This document shows, piece by piece, positions 27,980 through 43,623 of a DNA stretch of 64,000 nucleotides. A program made the translations under genes and the position numbers. A model generated the notes under the pieces. It was not told the origin of the DNA and searched no databases. It was given only the letters and a program-made list of their open reading frames with translations. This stretch comes from Proteromonas lacertae (Eukaryota), in contig NGBS01000583.1 of assembly GCA_002245135.1 (NCBI GenBank), positions 372,001-436,000 of the forward strand. Direction: 5' to 3'. How positions within the stretch are numbered: the stretch's first letter is position 1; the number at the start of each line of letters is the position of its first letter.

Positions 27980-30304
27980 ATGCCTGTTTGTATATTTTAG
28001 AAAATACTAAATTGTAGTTAAGAAAGTATTGCAAACTGCTGCAATTCAAAAGCAAAATAAAATCGAAGATTGTATAACTTTTTATGTAATTCTCAATCTA
28101 GACTCAAGCTCAGGATCTAGTTCATGCAGTAGTAGTAGCAGTGATAGTGATGACGATATAAGCGATGACGAGGATGAAGGAGCAGAAAACTATAAAGCTG
28201 GTGGATATCATCCAGTTTATGTATATATTTCTATGTTTAATCTATATTAGATTGGAGAGACATATAATAAGAGATACAAAATACTAAAGAAATTAGGATG
28301 GGGGCATTTCTCAACTGTTTGGTTGGCTATTGATGGTGAAACAAATAAGTTAGTTGCATTAAAAGTATTAACTAATATTTGTTATGTGTAATATAAATAG
28401 TTTCAAAAAAGTGCAAAGCACTATATGGAAGCGGCAATAGATGAAGTGAAATTATGTGATTGTGTAAATACAGCAGCTAAAGACAGTTCAGTGGATAGAA
28501 GTAAAATACCAATAATACAATTATACGATCATTTCTATCATTATGGTCCAAATGGTAAACGTATTATATAATTAATTATAATTATCTCTATTTTATATAT
28601 ATAGATATGGTATTTGTATTCCAAACATTAGGCCCCAGTCTATTAGAAGTAATAAAACATTACAGATATCGTGGAATACCCATTCCAATAGTAAAGAAAT
28701 TAACCAAAGATGTGTTAAGAGGATTGGCATTTCTTCATGAGAAATGTCACATGATTCATACAGATCTAAAACCAGAGAATGTATTATTATATTATCCACA
28801 ACCAACACCAGAATATGATGATACAAAGAAGGCTAATATTAATTGGGATTTAATCTGTAAGATCTATGGAATCGATATGTCAATAGATGCACCAGCAGCA
28901 CCTGATGCTAAAGATATGGAATTTGAAGAGAGTAATAATATGTTACAATCAAAAGAAGATGATAAGGAAAAGGATAAAAAGAAGAATAAGAAGAAGAAAT
29001 CTAATAATAATAATAATAATAATGGTAGTAATAGAAGCAGTAGCAGTAGTAGATATCCTACAAGATGTCCAACTATGATATTACATAACTTCACCATTAC
29101 ACCACCACCAAATAATGAACCTAGTACAACTGTAATAGATAGTGAAGTAATAAAGCCAAAAATTAATATAATTCCAATATCAATTAGATGGGAATATCCT
29201 CCAGAGCAAATATATATGAAATTATATTTTATGATTCCATATCATGTAATTGATAAGTTATTATTATTGACAAGTCGCAATGATTTAGAAGGAGATGGAG
29301 ATAATATGAATAACAACAAAGATGAATGGATATTTACAATAGAAGGTAAATCATCTGCTTCTAATTTTATGATAAGGTTAGAAGAAGATCATGATTATCC
29401 AGTTACTCCATTATGTGAAGAAATAATCACTAAACCAATCATTAGAACATATTCATTATTTACACTTAGATTAAATACAGTTTATGCTGAAGAAATATTG
29501 GAATATTTAGAGAGTATTATACCTCAGTTTTATTTTATACATTGTCCTGCTTTCAATAAAGATTCTTTACCTTTGTTAAATACAGAGAAGATATTATATA
29601 GGAAATATATGCATTCATGTTATATACCTGATTCAAAAGCATTTGATAGTTTTGATGGTTCATTATTTGGTTTATATATACCCTCAGAATTGCCGATACA
29701 ATTTATAATACCCTTTGAAGAGAGAGTAAAATTTCCAAAAGATAGTGATAAACCAGAACTAATGAAAATAGAAGTAACCAATTACTTCGAGAATATTCCA
29801 GTAGAATGTACAGTAGTTGATTTAGGTAATGCATGTTGGATTAATAAACACTTTTCAAATGAGATACAAACAAGGCAATATCGAAGTCCTGAAGTAATGA
29901 TTGGATGCCATTATGATACATCAGCTGATATTTGGAGTTGTGCTTGTATGATATATGAGCTATTAACAGGTGATGTATTATTCGACCCTAAAAAAGGTAG
30001 TGATGATGAAAGGGACACTGACCATTTAGCTCAATGTCACGAAATGATTGGAAAGATTCCATTGAAGTTTGCATTGAGTGGTAAAAGATCTGGTATATTG
30101 TATAATAGAAAAGGATTGTTGAAAATGGAACATGAAAGGTTGGTTTATATTGGGATTAAGAATAAATTAGTTGAACATTATGAGTTTGACCCTAAAGATG
30201 CTGAAGAAATTGAGGCATTTTTATTACCAATGTTGACATGGGAACCAATCAAGAGAGCAAGTGCATCAGAGATGTTGAAACATCCTTGGTTGGAAGGAGT
30301 TTAG
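27980..30304 (+). CDS. SRPK: SR protein kinase (SRPK) with large spacer insert
   Basis: DEGAENYKAGGYHPV, KLGWGHFSTVW, IHTDLKPEN, DLGNACW, IQTRQYRSPEV, ASEMLKHPWL. Probable ATG 27980 and five short introns. Confidence 0.92.
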
Positions 30305-30462
30305 AATATTAATCAATAAATATATATTTATTTAGTGAATGAAAATTATTTTGTTTTTTTGGAGAGATTTTATAAATACTAATAACTTTAAAAAATATTA
30401 CATTTGAAATTAATAATAATAATGAGTGAAACACTGATTAACGTTTTTTTTGCCTAATATAT

Positions 30463-31268
<806 letters not shown>

Positions 31269-31418
31269 AATTACCTATGGAAAAAAATAGTAAGGTCGTA
31301 TGATTTAATGAAATAAATAAAGTAAGCAACAAGTAGGAGAATAATAAAATACCTTAGAAAAGTGAAGATTGAATTCCTCAAGCTCAGTTCAAGCTTAACA
31401 GCCATTTTTTTAATAGAA

Positions 31419-32568
31419 ATGATTAAATTCTCATTGTTTAGACCCTTTTATAATAAATGTAATATCCAAATGCATTATACAAAACCAATTCTGTTAAATA
31501 TAGCTGTATAGTGATTAATTACAGTATGTTAGAGATCTTTTAGCGAATCTGCAAAAAGGGATAAGTCAAGAGAAATAGAAATAATGAAAAAAGCATGGTA
31601 TCATTAATAGTGGTTATATTGAAGGAGTGATTATAGACCTTTTCAAGGAATATCGTTTCTAGAGTCAAAATTAAAATGGAAAACTGATTATCCAGATAAT
31701 TATATCAATAATAATAAAACAAATAGTATATCTATTCAATCAATCATACATAAATAGATGAATTTGACACAGCTGTATTAGCAGCAAGAAACTGGGATAA
31801 AATTCAGCATTCTATCAATCCTGAATTTGTATTACAATCATTAATAACCATTATAGGTTGATTTTAACTTTCCAGAAACCTATTTTAATACAATCAAAAA
31901 TAAAATGAATAATTCTACAACATCCAATCAAAATTCAGCATCATCTGCTTCAGTACCATCATTAGAAACAGAATGGATACCACCAACACAACAGCAAGAA
32001 AGTGATTTATCCACAAATAAGATAATACCATTAAAAATAGGGAAATTATTATCATTAGAAGAAGTGATAAAGATATTGGACTATTATAAAGGTGGAAATA
32101 TTAGAGTATTGAATTTAGATGGCAGGGCTGATCTAGCGAAGTATATGATATTTGTCACTGGTAATAATATTGGACATCTAAGAAAAATGGCCGATTCATT
32201 AGTTTATGCAGTATATATATTATTAATATTATTTTATATAGATGAAAATAAGGAAATTAGATAAATATGAGCCAAGTGTAGAAGGAAGAAACTCACCTAA
32301 TTGGATGATTGTTGATTGTCAAGACATAATTGTAGAGTTATTTTCTGCAAGTATAGTTATCATATATATATATATATTGTGTATTATAGAAGCTAGAGAG
32401 ATATATCAATTAGAAGATCACTGGGAAGGTATGAGAATAGGAGAAGATCGATATTTCAAAGAAGCAACAGATGAAACAGAAGAACAGATAGAGAAATTAA
32501 TGGAGAAATATGCGTTAAATCCCGAATTTTTCGATCTGTTAGATGATGTGAAACATAATAGTGAATAA
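31419..32568 (+). CDS. RsfS/Iojap/MALSU1-family protein, probably organellar
   Basis: Leader MIKFSLFRPF. Domain NIRVLNLDGRADLAKYMIFVTG..HLRKMAD...EGRNSPNWMIVDCQDIIVELFS..AREIYQLEDHW. Confidence 0.85.
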
Positions 32569-32803
32569 GACTAGTTAATGTTTGTAATTCAATAAAATAT
32601 TTCATCTTTTATCATTTTTGAATGTATTGTTATATAAGCTTATAGTCTGTATATATTTAATTGATTATTATACTATCTGAGATCATAAAAATCAACAAAA
32701 ACAAACAAAAAAACTTGAGATAACCAAGTGTTTCATACTCTGTTACTAAATTACATTTGGTGGGTATTTCTTCGATATATTTTTATTTTACGCTTATTTA
32801 GAC

Positions 32804-35111
32804 ATGCAGCATCTATTACTTCACATTATAAACAAAGAAAAAATTCATATTAACATATTGTCTCATTTCTTAAGCGGAAACGTGAAAAAATGGGTCAGTC
32901 ACCAATGCCCGGCATGTGAAGTATATATTTTCCTCCATAATATGTAGGTCAACCTAGATCCGTCTAGAAAGATAGGCTTCTCCTCTAACAGCAGAGCTAA
33001 TCATAATCATAACACACCCTTCCAGGACGAAAAAAATAAATAAGCAATGTAAACCAGATATTGATACAAACTCAATTCATTTCAAATTTCTTTCAGAAAT
33101 TATAGCAATAGATGAATATATAAACGAATGTATACCTAATTTTCTCTATTACAATAGTCCAACAGACAGAAATTAAGAATGACTTTGAAGTCATACTTTC
33201 TGACGGTAAAAATGTCTATTTCTTGGATTGTGATAGATTAGAACAGCTTAAAGAAGGTTTGTACCTGTATTGCTACGATGAATATGAAGTATGGTAATTG
33301 TAGAATTGTTATTTTAATCAATAGGTTAAACAAATTCAACCATTCTTTGATATATGGTTGCTAAATCTATTAAAAATTAACAGAAAGTATGAAGAGAGTA
33401 TTAAGCAGATATTACTCAGAGTTGGATATACTAAGCAATTTAATAGAGAGAATAAGTTTACAAAACACTCTAGAATAATGTTAGTACTTTTAAGAGGTAA
33501 TAATCATTCCATATACGAATTGCAGTTAAAGAACAGTCATTTACAGAATTATTATATTCATCAGAATGAATATCACTATATAAGATGTGCACCCGAAAAT
33601 TTTGATAATTCTCCAGAAATATTAGAAAATTTCAATAAATATGGTCCTATATACAGAGAGTACAAACTGAGATTCACATTCCTTCCCAATCCCACCTCTT
33701 TGAAAGTATTATATATATATATATATATATAATTAAATAGACAAGAGGTAAAACAGAAAGAAAAAATAATGATACAAGACACTGTTATTCGGCTTATAAT
33801 TTATATTCAAAAGATATCCGTGAATCTGTAGAAGATGAGTATATCCAAAACAAATTAGCAAATCCAAATGAGACAGGAGATGAAGAAAATGATATTAAAT
33901 ATACAAAAAATGGTGATTTAATAATAAATAAAGATGTGATAAATAAGTTAGTAGGAGACAAATGGAAAAATGAAGATTACGATACAGTACATTGGTATGA
34001 AATGTTTTGCTTCATAGATCGAATGAGATTTTTTAAAGAAACAAATAGAATACCAGAAAATGCTCAACTTATTGTAGAAGAAGAGAAAGATTATTTAAAG
34101 AAGGAAGAATTGATTAGTAAAATATGCTATTTCAAACAAATCTTTAAAGATCATCAAAAGAAGGGAGATACAGATCCAAATGGACCTTTTGTGTTATATT
34201 ATCACCAAAGATTGCAGGAATTACAACATAATAATCCTGATATGAGAGTTGAAGAATTTGGTCCAGCGATTTATGAAGAGTTTACAGAAGAAATAATGAC
34301 TAAGGAAAAGAAATTCAATAAATTAAAGGAAAAATGCAATTTTAAAGATATAGATAGAAAATGTTTGGATTTGATAAATGATGAAGTATTAGAATACCTT
34401 CCTTCAAAAAAGAAACATATTGAGAATATTGAACAATATAGCGAATTTTGTGATTATAGAAAAGAAGATGAAAATGATAATAATAATAAAAGCAATGAAG
34501 TAATTAGTAAAGAGATGGAAGAAGAAGAACAAGAAATAATCGATGATAGTGATTATAATAACTTTGATGAAGGAAAAGTAGTTAATAAAGAAGTAGATGA
34601 AGAAGAAGTAGAAGAGGAGGAGGAGGAGGAAAAAGAAGAAAAAGAAGAAGAGAGTGATGATGATGATGATGATGATGAATACATTCCATCAGATGAAGAA
34701 GAACAACAGAGTCAATTAAATGAAAATGAGGAAAGAATAAAAAGAAAATGTGATGAAATTGATGATAATAGATTTTCATCTCCAATTAAACGTATAAAGT
34801 CTGTAATTAATGAAAAGAATACATTGTCTCCATTAGTTAATACCAGTGAATTTATAGATGATGAAGTACAATCTGATGAATATAGACATACACCTATCAA
34901 TAGAAATTATGTTGAAAGTGATGATACAAGTAATGTAATGAATTATAATTCATTTTTGTCATCATTTACTTCAAATAATGGAAATGATATAACTGCATTT
35001 ACTGATTATGTAGAGCAACCCTTTCAGGATAATGTGTATGGTAGATATATGTTTCGTGATGATAGAAATTTATATGCTTCAGATATTATGTGTGAAATGA
35101 GTGATTTATAA
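32804..35111 (+). CDS. Protein with two divergent HMG-box-like segments and an acidic tail
   Basis: Exon after 33740 reads TRHCYSAYNLYSKDIRE...INKLVGDKWKN, then DPNGPFVLYYHQRLQELQHNNPDM..EFGPAIYEEF, then a D/E tract. 5' exons are tentative. Confidence 0.5.
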
Positions 35112-35221
35112 TTCAAAAATGTTATTATAAATTAGATTTTAAAAGTTGTTGGTTATAATAGAAAAATATTTAAAGATAATAAAAAATATATAATTCTTTA
35201 AATATTTTTCTTGCTTTTCTT

Positions 35222-38200
35222 TTACTGCATATAAGCATTTTGTTTTTTTACAGCCAAATCTGCTTCATTACTACTCTTTTCAACTCGCTCATTTATCTAG
35301 AAAAATAATAGATTAAGATACCTCAATATGGCAATATCGAATATAGCTCATTATCTATGAAAGATTTCATTTATAAAATATAAGTAAAACGAATATATTT
35401 TTAATTAATCAATTGAATGTATTTTAATCATTATAGATTCAGACTAACAACAACAAACAGAATGATATGAATGTATAATAATATAATTGTATTAAAATCA
35501 GTAAGAAAATATCAGAATTACAATTTCGTGAAATCTTTTACTGTTGTTTCAGTACTTCCTCCGTCTTTTCTCTTAAGAATTCTAATTTTACGTTCAATTC
35601 ATTCATTATGTTCATCTTCTGGATTAATAAAGTACTTAATTTATTTAATTACAAAACATTAAGAAAATATAGTTATTTCATGTAAAATATATATATATAT
35701 ATAATAAAAGATATATGAACAAGTCCATCTTTACCCATATCAGAATCTTCCAATGCTTTCAAATAAACCATCTCTTCATTCATTAAAGTTAATAACGAAT
35801 CAACTTGACCGCTATGTTCAACAACATAAGCCATTTTAACTTCATTCAATTGAGCAATTGTTACTTTACCACCTTCCTTTCTTTTAATTTGAGGTTGTCT
35901 ATTATTATTATTATTAATGTCTGGATTTCTTAATGGAGACTTAGAGAATGTTGTAATTGATGATTTTGATAAATCATTTTTGGTGTTTCTCTTTGGTGTT
36001 TGGTTTACTTTTGATTGTTCTTGTTGTTCTAAGTATTGAGATATATCATTTTCTATTGAAGACATTGATAATCCATTATTATTATTATTATTTCTACTAG
36101 AAGATGAAGAAGATGGAGGTTGCATTTTACTGTATTTATTATTACTATTGTTATTCAGTAATGGAGATACATTACGATCTTGTTCTTTTTGTGCTGCTAC
36201 TGATGTACTTTTACTTCGTTTACTAGCTGGTGGTGTATTTCTTGGTGGTCTACGAGGTTGTGGTACTAATAATGGTGATGTATCTTCTTCAGTATAACTG
36301 TTATTGTTATTATTAATATTCATTGATTTGGAAAGTAAATCTTCATCTTCTTCTTGTAGTGTATTTGGAATATTTAATCGATTTCTATTCTTTAAATTGT
36401 TTTGTCTGTTATTATTCTGTGGTAATGACATTCTTTTAACTTCTTCATCTGCATATTCTTCTTCTTCATCATATTCATCTATTGATTCTATTGAATATTA
36501 ATAATAAAAATATATATACTTGGATCTAATGAATAATTTCTTCCAGTTTTTCTCTCATTTACTGCAGCAATTTTCTTCGCATGATCAGCAATATCATCTT
36601 CAGAAGGTTTAGCATCATCTGCTCTTCTAATTTCCTTAACTCTAAATGCATATCTCAATGTATTTAATGAATGTTCAACATTTAAATTACTAGGAGATAC
36701 TGTAGCAATCATTACAGTCTTACAATTACCAACTAATGAATCTTTCAATACTTGAGTTAATGTACTTGCACGGAACGGAGTGTAATTTTTAGTGTTATAC
36801 ATTGCTCTAATACATTCTTTTAATGCTAATAAACTCTTATTAATTTCAGCGCCTTCTAATCTTGTTTGTTTATCTGAAGCAGTTGTATCAGCACCTCTTT
36901 CACTTCCAGCTAAATCAATAAATGAAAATCTACCAACTTCTTTATGAGTTCTATTTTGTTCTAATGATATTTGTAATATAGCATGTGATCTTGATGAATC
37001 TAAATTTGCACCTGTACTTCCAGTACTTCTTGCTTCATTTCCTTTAACAATTAATGACATTAATGATTCTACATCTGCTACACGATGTTGTCCTAATCCC
37101 ATTATTTGAACATTCTTTTTAGCATCTTCTAAATGTCTTAATTTCTTTCGTTCATTTAATAAATCGAATATTTTACCACCATATATTTCAAAGAAGGATA
37201 CTGATATACCTAAGTTCCTATATTGTGGATCATTTAATTTTTGAAATATATCTTGCGCTGCTAATATATATAAACCAGGATTCTTATAATTCTCTCTACT
37301 AGCTTCACCCATCATTGTAAATGTTTTACCCGAACCTGTTTGACCATATGCGAAACAAGTTGCTTTACTTCCTGCAAATACAGAATCTACTAATGGCTTA
37401 GCTGAATATTGGTATAATTGTTCAGTATTGGTCCTTTCATCAAAGACATTATCAAATACATATTCATGTACTTCTACATATTTTGTTAAATCCACTTTTT
37501 CCCTATTTTAATATAATTATATATAATTCATACTTTGGCTCATGTACTAATACACTAGATCCTGAACATTCTACTACATCCATTTCTCCTCTATTTCCTT
37601 CTTTTGTACTTAAAGGACGTTTACGAACTATAACTTGAATATCTGGAGTTGAACTCTTCATTGCTGATGGTAATGGTGATTTCTTTGGTAAAGAAATGGG
37701 TCCTGTTGCTGATTTTGGACGATTCATTTGAGTTGTCTTTATTCCAGTTGAATTAGTATCAAGAGCATAGGATAATCTAACTGATGGAGTATTTTCTCGA
37801 AAATTTGTTTTACTATGTTATTATAATGATTAATATACATTGGTTGTGATGGATTAGGTGGTGGTACTTGCATTTGTTGAGATTGTGGGAGATCTTTCTT
37901 AATTGGAGGTCTTTCTGAGTATTTCTGTTCATAAGATGTAGTTTTAGGTCTATTGATATTGATAGTTTGTTAATTATATATACCTAACTGGAGCTTGTTG
38001 CTGTTGCTCATCTGGATTTTGGTGATAAGCCTATTGTAATAAATAAAAGAAATATTATACTGATTTTACTTTTTTGATTAATTCAAACAAAGAACGTCTA
38101 TCAATTATATCATGAACTCCAACTAATAAAAAATAGATAATGTCGTATATACGTTCATCAAAATCCTCAAAATTTAAATTCATAAGCTGAGCCGGTGTGG

Positions 38201-38302
38201 TTATACCATGATCATTAAAACTATCTAATGCATAGCTCAAACCTAAAATGTCATAATTAAGTCAATACCAATTCTTGTAAGCCAAGATTCAACAACACTC
38301 AT
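35222..38302 (-). CDS. Kinesin-13 with N-terminal SAM domain (KIF24-like architecture)
   Basis: Motor motifs [52 protein letters not shown] (KEC). SAM-like start [24 protein letters not shown]. 3' exons uncertain. Confidence 0.88.
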
Positions 38303-38820
38303 TATAATTTAATATTGTGAAATAGAAAATGTCTATAAGGAGATGAATAATGCTCTATAGGTATATAATACTATAGTATAAAATTAACAATGTTCTTCTA
38401 GCTGTGATTGAATGACGCAATTTAAACTATACTTAAAATTCTTTCTAAACGGGATGAGTATCGAAAAAATTAAAGCAGTTGTATTTAAAAAAAGCTTGAA
38501 ATTTGAAATCGAGCCTGATTTAAATTTCAAACAACTAATTCTTGGAATCTTTGCTTAAATTGACTAAAATAGAAGAAAAATGCATCATTGAGTAGAATAT
38601 AGGAATTAAATGTGATAAAAGTGATATTAACAAATAAAAAAAATTGAACATGAATATAAGTAGATGAATTATATCTAATTTAATCCATAATAATCTATTA
38701 TAGGTGACTGAATGATAAAAAAGGATTCTACTTTTTAAAATGATGTAAAAAATGAAGAAAATAATAATATTCAAGCATCAACTCGAGCCTTTTCGAAATT
38801 TAATCTTGTTTTTCTGAAGG

Positions 38821-41800
38821 ATGGATAATTCTCGTAGGATTCAAAATATCCACAGTTTTGTATTTCCGAAAGATTTAGATGCTGGTGATATTATTTTGTT
38901 TTCACGAGCTTGCGGTTCAATGACTCCTTTTTTTGCTATGGTTTGTATGTGTGCAAAGGTATATTCTTAAATATCTATGAGTAGACAGCATGTATGTGGG
39001 ATCATGTAGGTATTGTGATAAGAGAAAAGGATGGTTCGTTAAATCTATTAGAAGCTGACTACAAAGGTGTAATAGTATGATACTCTGTCTATAAATATAT
39101 AGATGAGACCATTAGAAGATAGATTGCGTCATAGTAAAGCCGATTTAATAGCAGTAAGAAGAATAAATGTATTTATAGAATGTATAATTAAAATATATTA
39201 GATACCTCGAACATATAGAATGAGAGAGAATGCTTCAAGATATGCCAATGAGTTAATAATGAACAGAACAAAATACGAAGGTAATTTAATGATAATGTTA
39301 AGATCAACCATAATCACTCCAAAACAGAAGAAAAGACAAGATTTAGGGTTAGAAATACACAAATTAAAAGAAAATCTCAATGTCTTAAAAGTTCATTTGT
39401 TATATAAACCTCCAGTCAATTTATTTGAAGATGCTTTTGTAATGACAAGATATACATTAGATTGGAATAGAATAAAAGATATGTTAAATGAATTTAATAG
39501 TCTTGAATCTTCAGCAATGGAAAATCAGAATCTAAGTGAAAGAATGTTTTGTAGTAAACTCTGTGCAGGTGTATTAATGAAGATGGGAGTGTTTGATGAA
39601 TATCCAGTTGAAAGTGAATATATTCCATTAGTATGAAATTCTATTATATATATATATATATATATATATAGTGGTTTACTGAGAAATTCAATCCACCAAT
39701 GAATCTACAAGCCCATTTCGAGCCTATTGAATATATACGTCATCCAGATATAGATGAATTAGCCAAATCAAAGATCAAATCACAAACCAAAACACCCACA
39801 CCTCAACAGATATATAATTTGAGAAGAATATTGTTACAAATGCCAAGATTATATAGTGTGTCACAATCTACATTAGATAATATAATTAAACAATCATTTC
39901 TGTATATATTATTATTATTATTATTATTATCAATGAATAGAATGACTCAATCTCCTGGTACTTGTGTGGATGATAATATAAGAGATAACGTATTAATTGT
40001 AGAGAACGGATCAATTCAAGCAAGAAGTTTTCAAGGATCTGAATATGGTGAAATTACAGAAGCAATGTACAAATATATAATAATTGTAATATAATATATT
40101 AATAGATTTCATAAAGGTCAAGTTGTTAATTTCAACTTATTGGTATATAATATATATATATATATATATAAATAGTATTTCTTCCCAAGAGTATGGAATT
40201 ATATATTAAATCTTGCTAAAGCTATACCTGAATCACAATTAAATAAACTGAAATCATACGTATATAAGCATATATTACTATTATATATAGTTTACTCAAC
40301 TAAGAGATGTTAGTCCATTTTTCTATTCTATTGCAAGTCATATTTTATATAACTTTCGATCAAGTACTCAACATGTATATATTTGTTTATATTATTATAA
40401 ATATAGTCCTTACACGTTTCTGATGATATTCGTTATTGGGCAATACCTGTAAAATTATATGCAGCAGTAAAAGCCAAGAGTACATTCTCTGAGAAACTAC
40501 AAGTATTCCATTATCTAAGTTCAGGACCATTACATGAGTATATTGATATACTATATATATATATATGTATATGAATAGATGTTTAGGAATAAATCATATT
40601 CCACTATTATACAATGCCATTTTATCACATAATGTACCAGATAAAAAGTGTCTATTAAAAACAGGAGATTATTTCCCATCATTATTATTCCTAGTAGAAG
40701 GTGATGTTAATTTTATTGATGGTAAAACAGGAGAGGTGGAGAAAGTTCCACCTTATTCACTATTAGGTGGATTAAGAGCATTATATTCAGTAAAAAGTGA
40801 TGGTGATTATGTGGTTGGAGAAAATGGAGCTAAGATTATTTCTATTGGTAGAAATTACTTGATGTATATTATATTATTATTGTTATTAATATTTTGTATA
40901 TTTTAGACGAACTATTGCTCCAGAACCGTTACTCTATCATCATATAGCTAAATCATTAGAAACTGAATCATCAAAAGCCACATTTTATAGCATTATCCAA
41001 TCACAATTGCAAAGTTTTATCTCCAAAGAAAGATTACAAACAAATACAGTTTTTGGCACACCCATTTTCTTGTTGCATAGATACATACCCCAATTATTTA
41101 AAGAGCCGTTAGTTCCAATTGATGTAAATATGGATATACCTGTTACACAAGATGTAATATACGATGATCATAGTAAGAAATACATAGCAGTACATGATGA
41201 TCAACATAAAAACCATTCATTATTGAATATGGTAATCAATCAATGGAATTCAGTTACTAATCAATTAACTACTCAAAAAAGGAATACTAAAGCTGGTTTA
41301 TTCTATACACCACCGTCTGAATATATGCCTGTAATCATTGAATCATTATTTCATGATCTTAATAAAGAAATGGCTTATAGTTTGCATATGGTTTTTCAAT
41401 CAAGATATGCTATATATTTATTAGAAAAACAAATCTTAAATAAACCAAAAATACAAGAACTATTGAAGAATTCAGATAATGTAGAATTAACCAAAAGAAA
41501 AATACATAAGTATATATATATATATATATATTAATAATCTTATTATTATTATAGTGATGTAATTACAATTGTTCAATGTTTTGGAGGTGCAAAGCCATCC
41601 ATAGTAAGATCAGGATCATCTGCCTTCACTGGTATTCATGATATTGTTACAAAAGTACTTGATTTTGACTATTTACTGAAATTACTCTGTTTAGGAACTT
41701 CATCATTTTTCTTACACTATTTAATGTCATTCAGATCGATAAGAACTGTACCTTTATCTATTTTATTTACATTATTAATTACATCACAAGCTGCTTTATT

Positions 41801-41907
41801 TCCTTTAGTTACATTGTATGTTCCTACTACATCCTATTTCCCACTATTTGTTGTTTCATCGTTGATTGGTTTAATGACAACTCCAATATTTTATATGTAT
41901 CACATTA

Positions 41908-41942
<35 letters not shown>

Positions 41943-42418
41943 GTTTTTATATTTATAATTGTTTATAGAAGATGAGAGATTATGAAGTCCATCGTGTAAA
42001 AGGGTTAAATAGAACGATTGACACTCAATTAAGATTAGCTATTCGTCAATTCAAATTTAGACATATCACTACTAGATTTTACATTGCTTCAATGTTATTT
42101 TGTGCTATTCCACCAATGTTATTTACATACCTTGTAGACAGTCCAACAAGATCAACTCAATGGGATATATGCAGTGCAAATGCAATCAGTGTAGCTGTAG
42201 GAACAGCAATAGCTTGTCCAATGATTAGAAGACCATTAAATAATTTGATTAGTAGAACAAAAATCAAATCATTTAATTACACCATTCGTACTATTGGATC
42301 AAGAGCATTTTGCTACGGTTTGTTACCTTTAGCCACGACTTTGTTGTATAAAGGAATTAGATCGATTATTGGATATAGTTCAATAAAAACAAACGATAGT
42401 AGTAGTAATAATAATTAA
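38821..42418 (+). CDS. Multidomain protein: permuted papain-like NlpC/P60 domain + cNMP-binding-like domains + C-terminal multi-TM region
   Basis: Joined in frame through about 13 short introns. LDAGDIILF...WDHVGIV...LLEA...MFCSKLCAGVLMKMG (His before Cys). LLKTGD..SLLFLVEGDV...LLGGLRAL is cNMP-like. Hydrophobic C-terminus. Confidence 0.7.
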
Positions 42419-42544
42419 AGTATATGTAAAATTTATATATGAATATTTCTTTTTTTCTCTTGACAATTAATCCAAAAAAGAAAGAATTAAATACAACATA
42501 CATATTTATATTTATACACACATAAGCTAACATTTAATATTCTA

Positions 42545-43623
42545 TTATTCTGCTGATTTTATGTATTGCTTTGATATTATGTTTAAAAATTGTTGTGAAG
42601 CTCTATTAGTTATTTGAGGTGATCCTCTAGCATATATTTGAGGAACAGATGGAGCTTTTAATCTTTTACTATATCCAAACTCTTGCCTCATTTCAAACAC
42701 CAATCTAGCTAACATACGTTTATAATTGACGTTATAACTCCTATAATCAGAGAAATAAGGAGGAGGTTTTTTTGTGAATAATAATCGATTTAATTTAGAA
42801 GCAACTCCTTCTTTAGGAGGAACTCTGAACACTTTTCTGTAATACATTTCATTGAAGTATCTTATTCTAAATAATATCTTCAAATAGTCATGTTTACCAA
42901 TAAACTGATTGACTAAGCTCTCTTTCAGAGTTTCTATGTAGTATGTTAAACAATGAGAATAACTAAGTATGATCATTATATCATCTATCTTGATTAACTT
43001 ATTCTGATTATGCTGATTTAACCATTCATACACTAATTTATCTTCTGTATATGTTGGATTTAAGGAATGAAAAAAATCTACACACTGATGATAGGTAATT
43101 GACATATTCGATTGAAAACCATGAATAGATAACAATACTATCATATTAAATAAATAGTAATTATACTTCTTGTTAAATTATCAATATTGAGGAAAACAAA
43201 CAGCCAAACAACAGTGATTATATTATCTGCCGTTATTTTATCATCTAAAACACAATATACAAATAAATATATACAAACACTCCCAAATTCTTGAAAAATA
43301 TTTACATAAGGGATACTGATTAAGGAAAACAAATCTTTTAGAGATAGATATGGTTTGGAAGGGTGCTGAGACCATATCTGAAGATAATGGTATTGCCACA
43401 AAGAGATTTCGTAATTAGTCACTATTATAACATTATAATATATTTAATACAACAAAGCACTGTGGCTATTTGTGTTGACTGTGTACTCATTGTTATTAAA
43501 GTTGATTCTCTCCATCCACAAAATGTTGTAGGACAGAAGTTATTATAAGCAATCATCTATATTATTAAAATATCAAAACCATTTAATACCATATTTTTAC
43601 AACGAACCTTGTCGTTATTCATG
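42545..43623 (-). CDS. Uncharacterised multi-exon protein
   Basis: Probable ATG about 43623 (MNNDKVRCKN). Short introns link ORFs 43141-43422 and 42545-43144. No recognised domain. Confidence 0.55.

Noticed and set aside
38368..38379. Palindrome ATACTATAGTAT
   Set aside because: Short AT-rich palindrome expected by chance.
39631..41971. (TA)n tracts
   Set aside because: Ordinary intronic microsatellites in an AT-rich genome; not a CRISPR array or mobile element.
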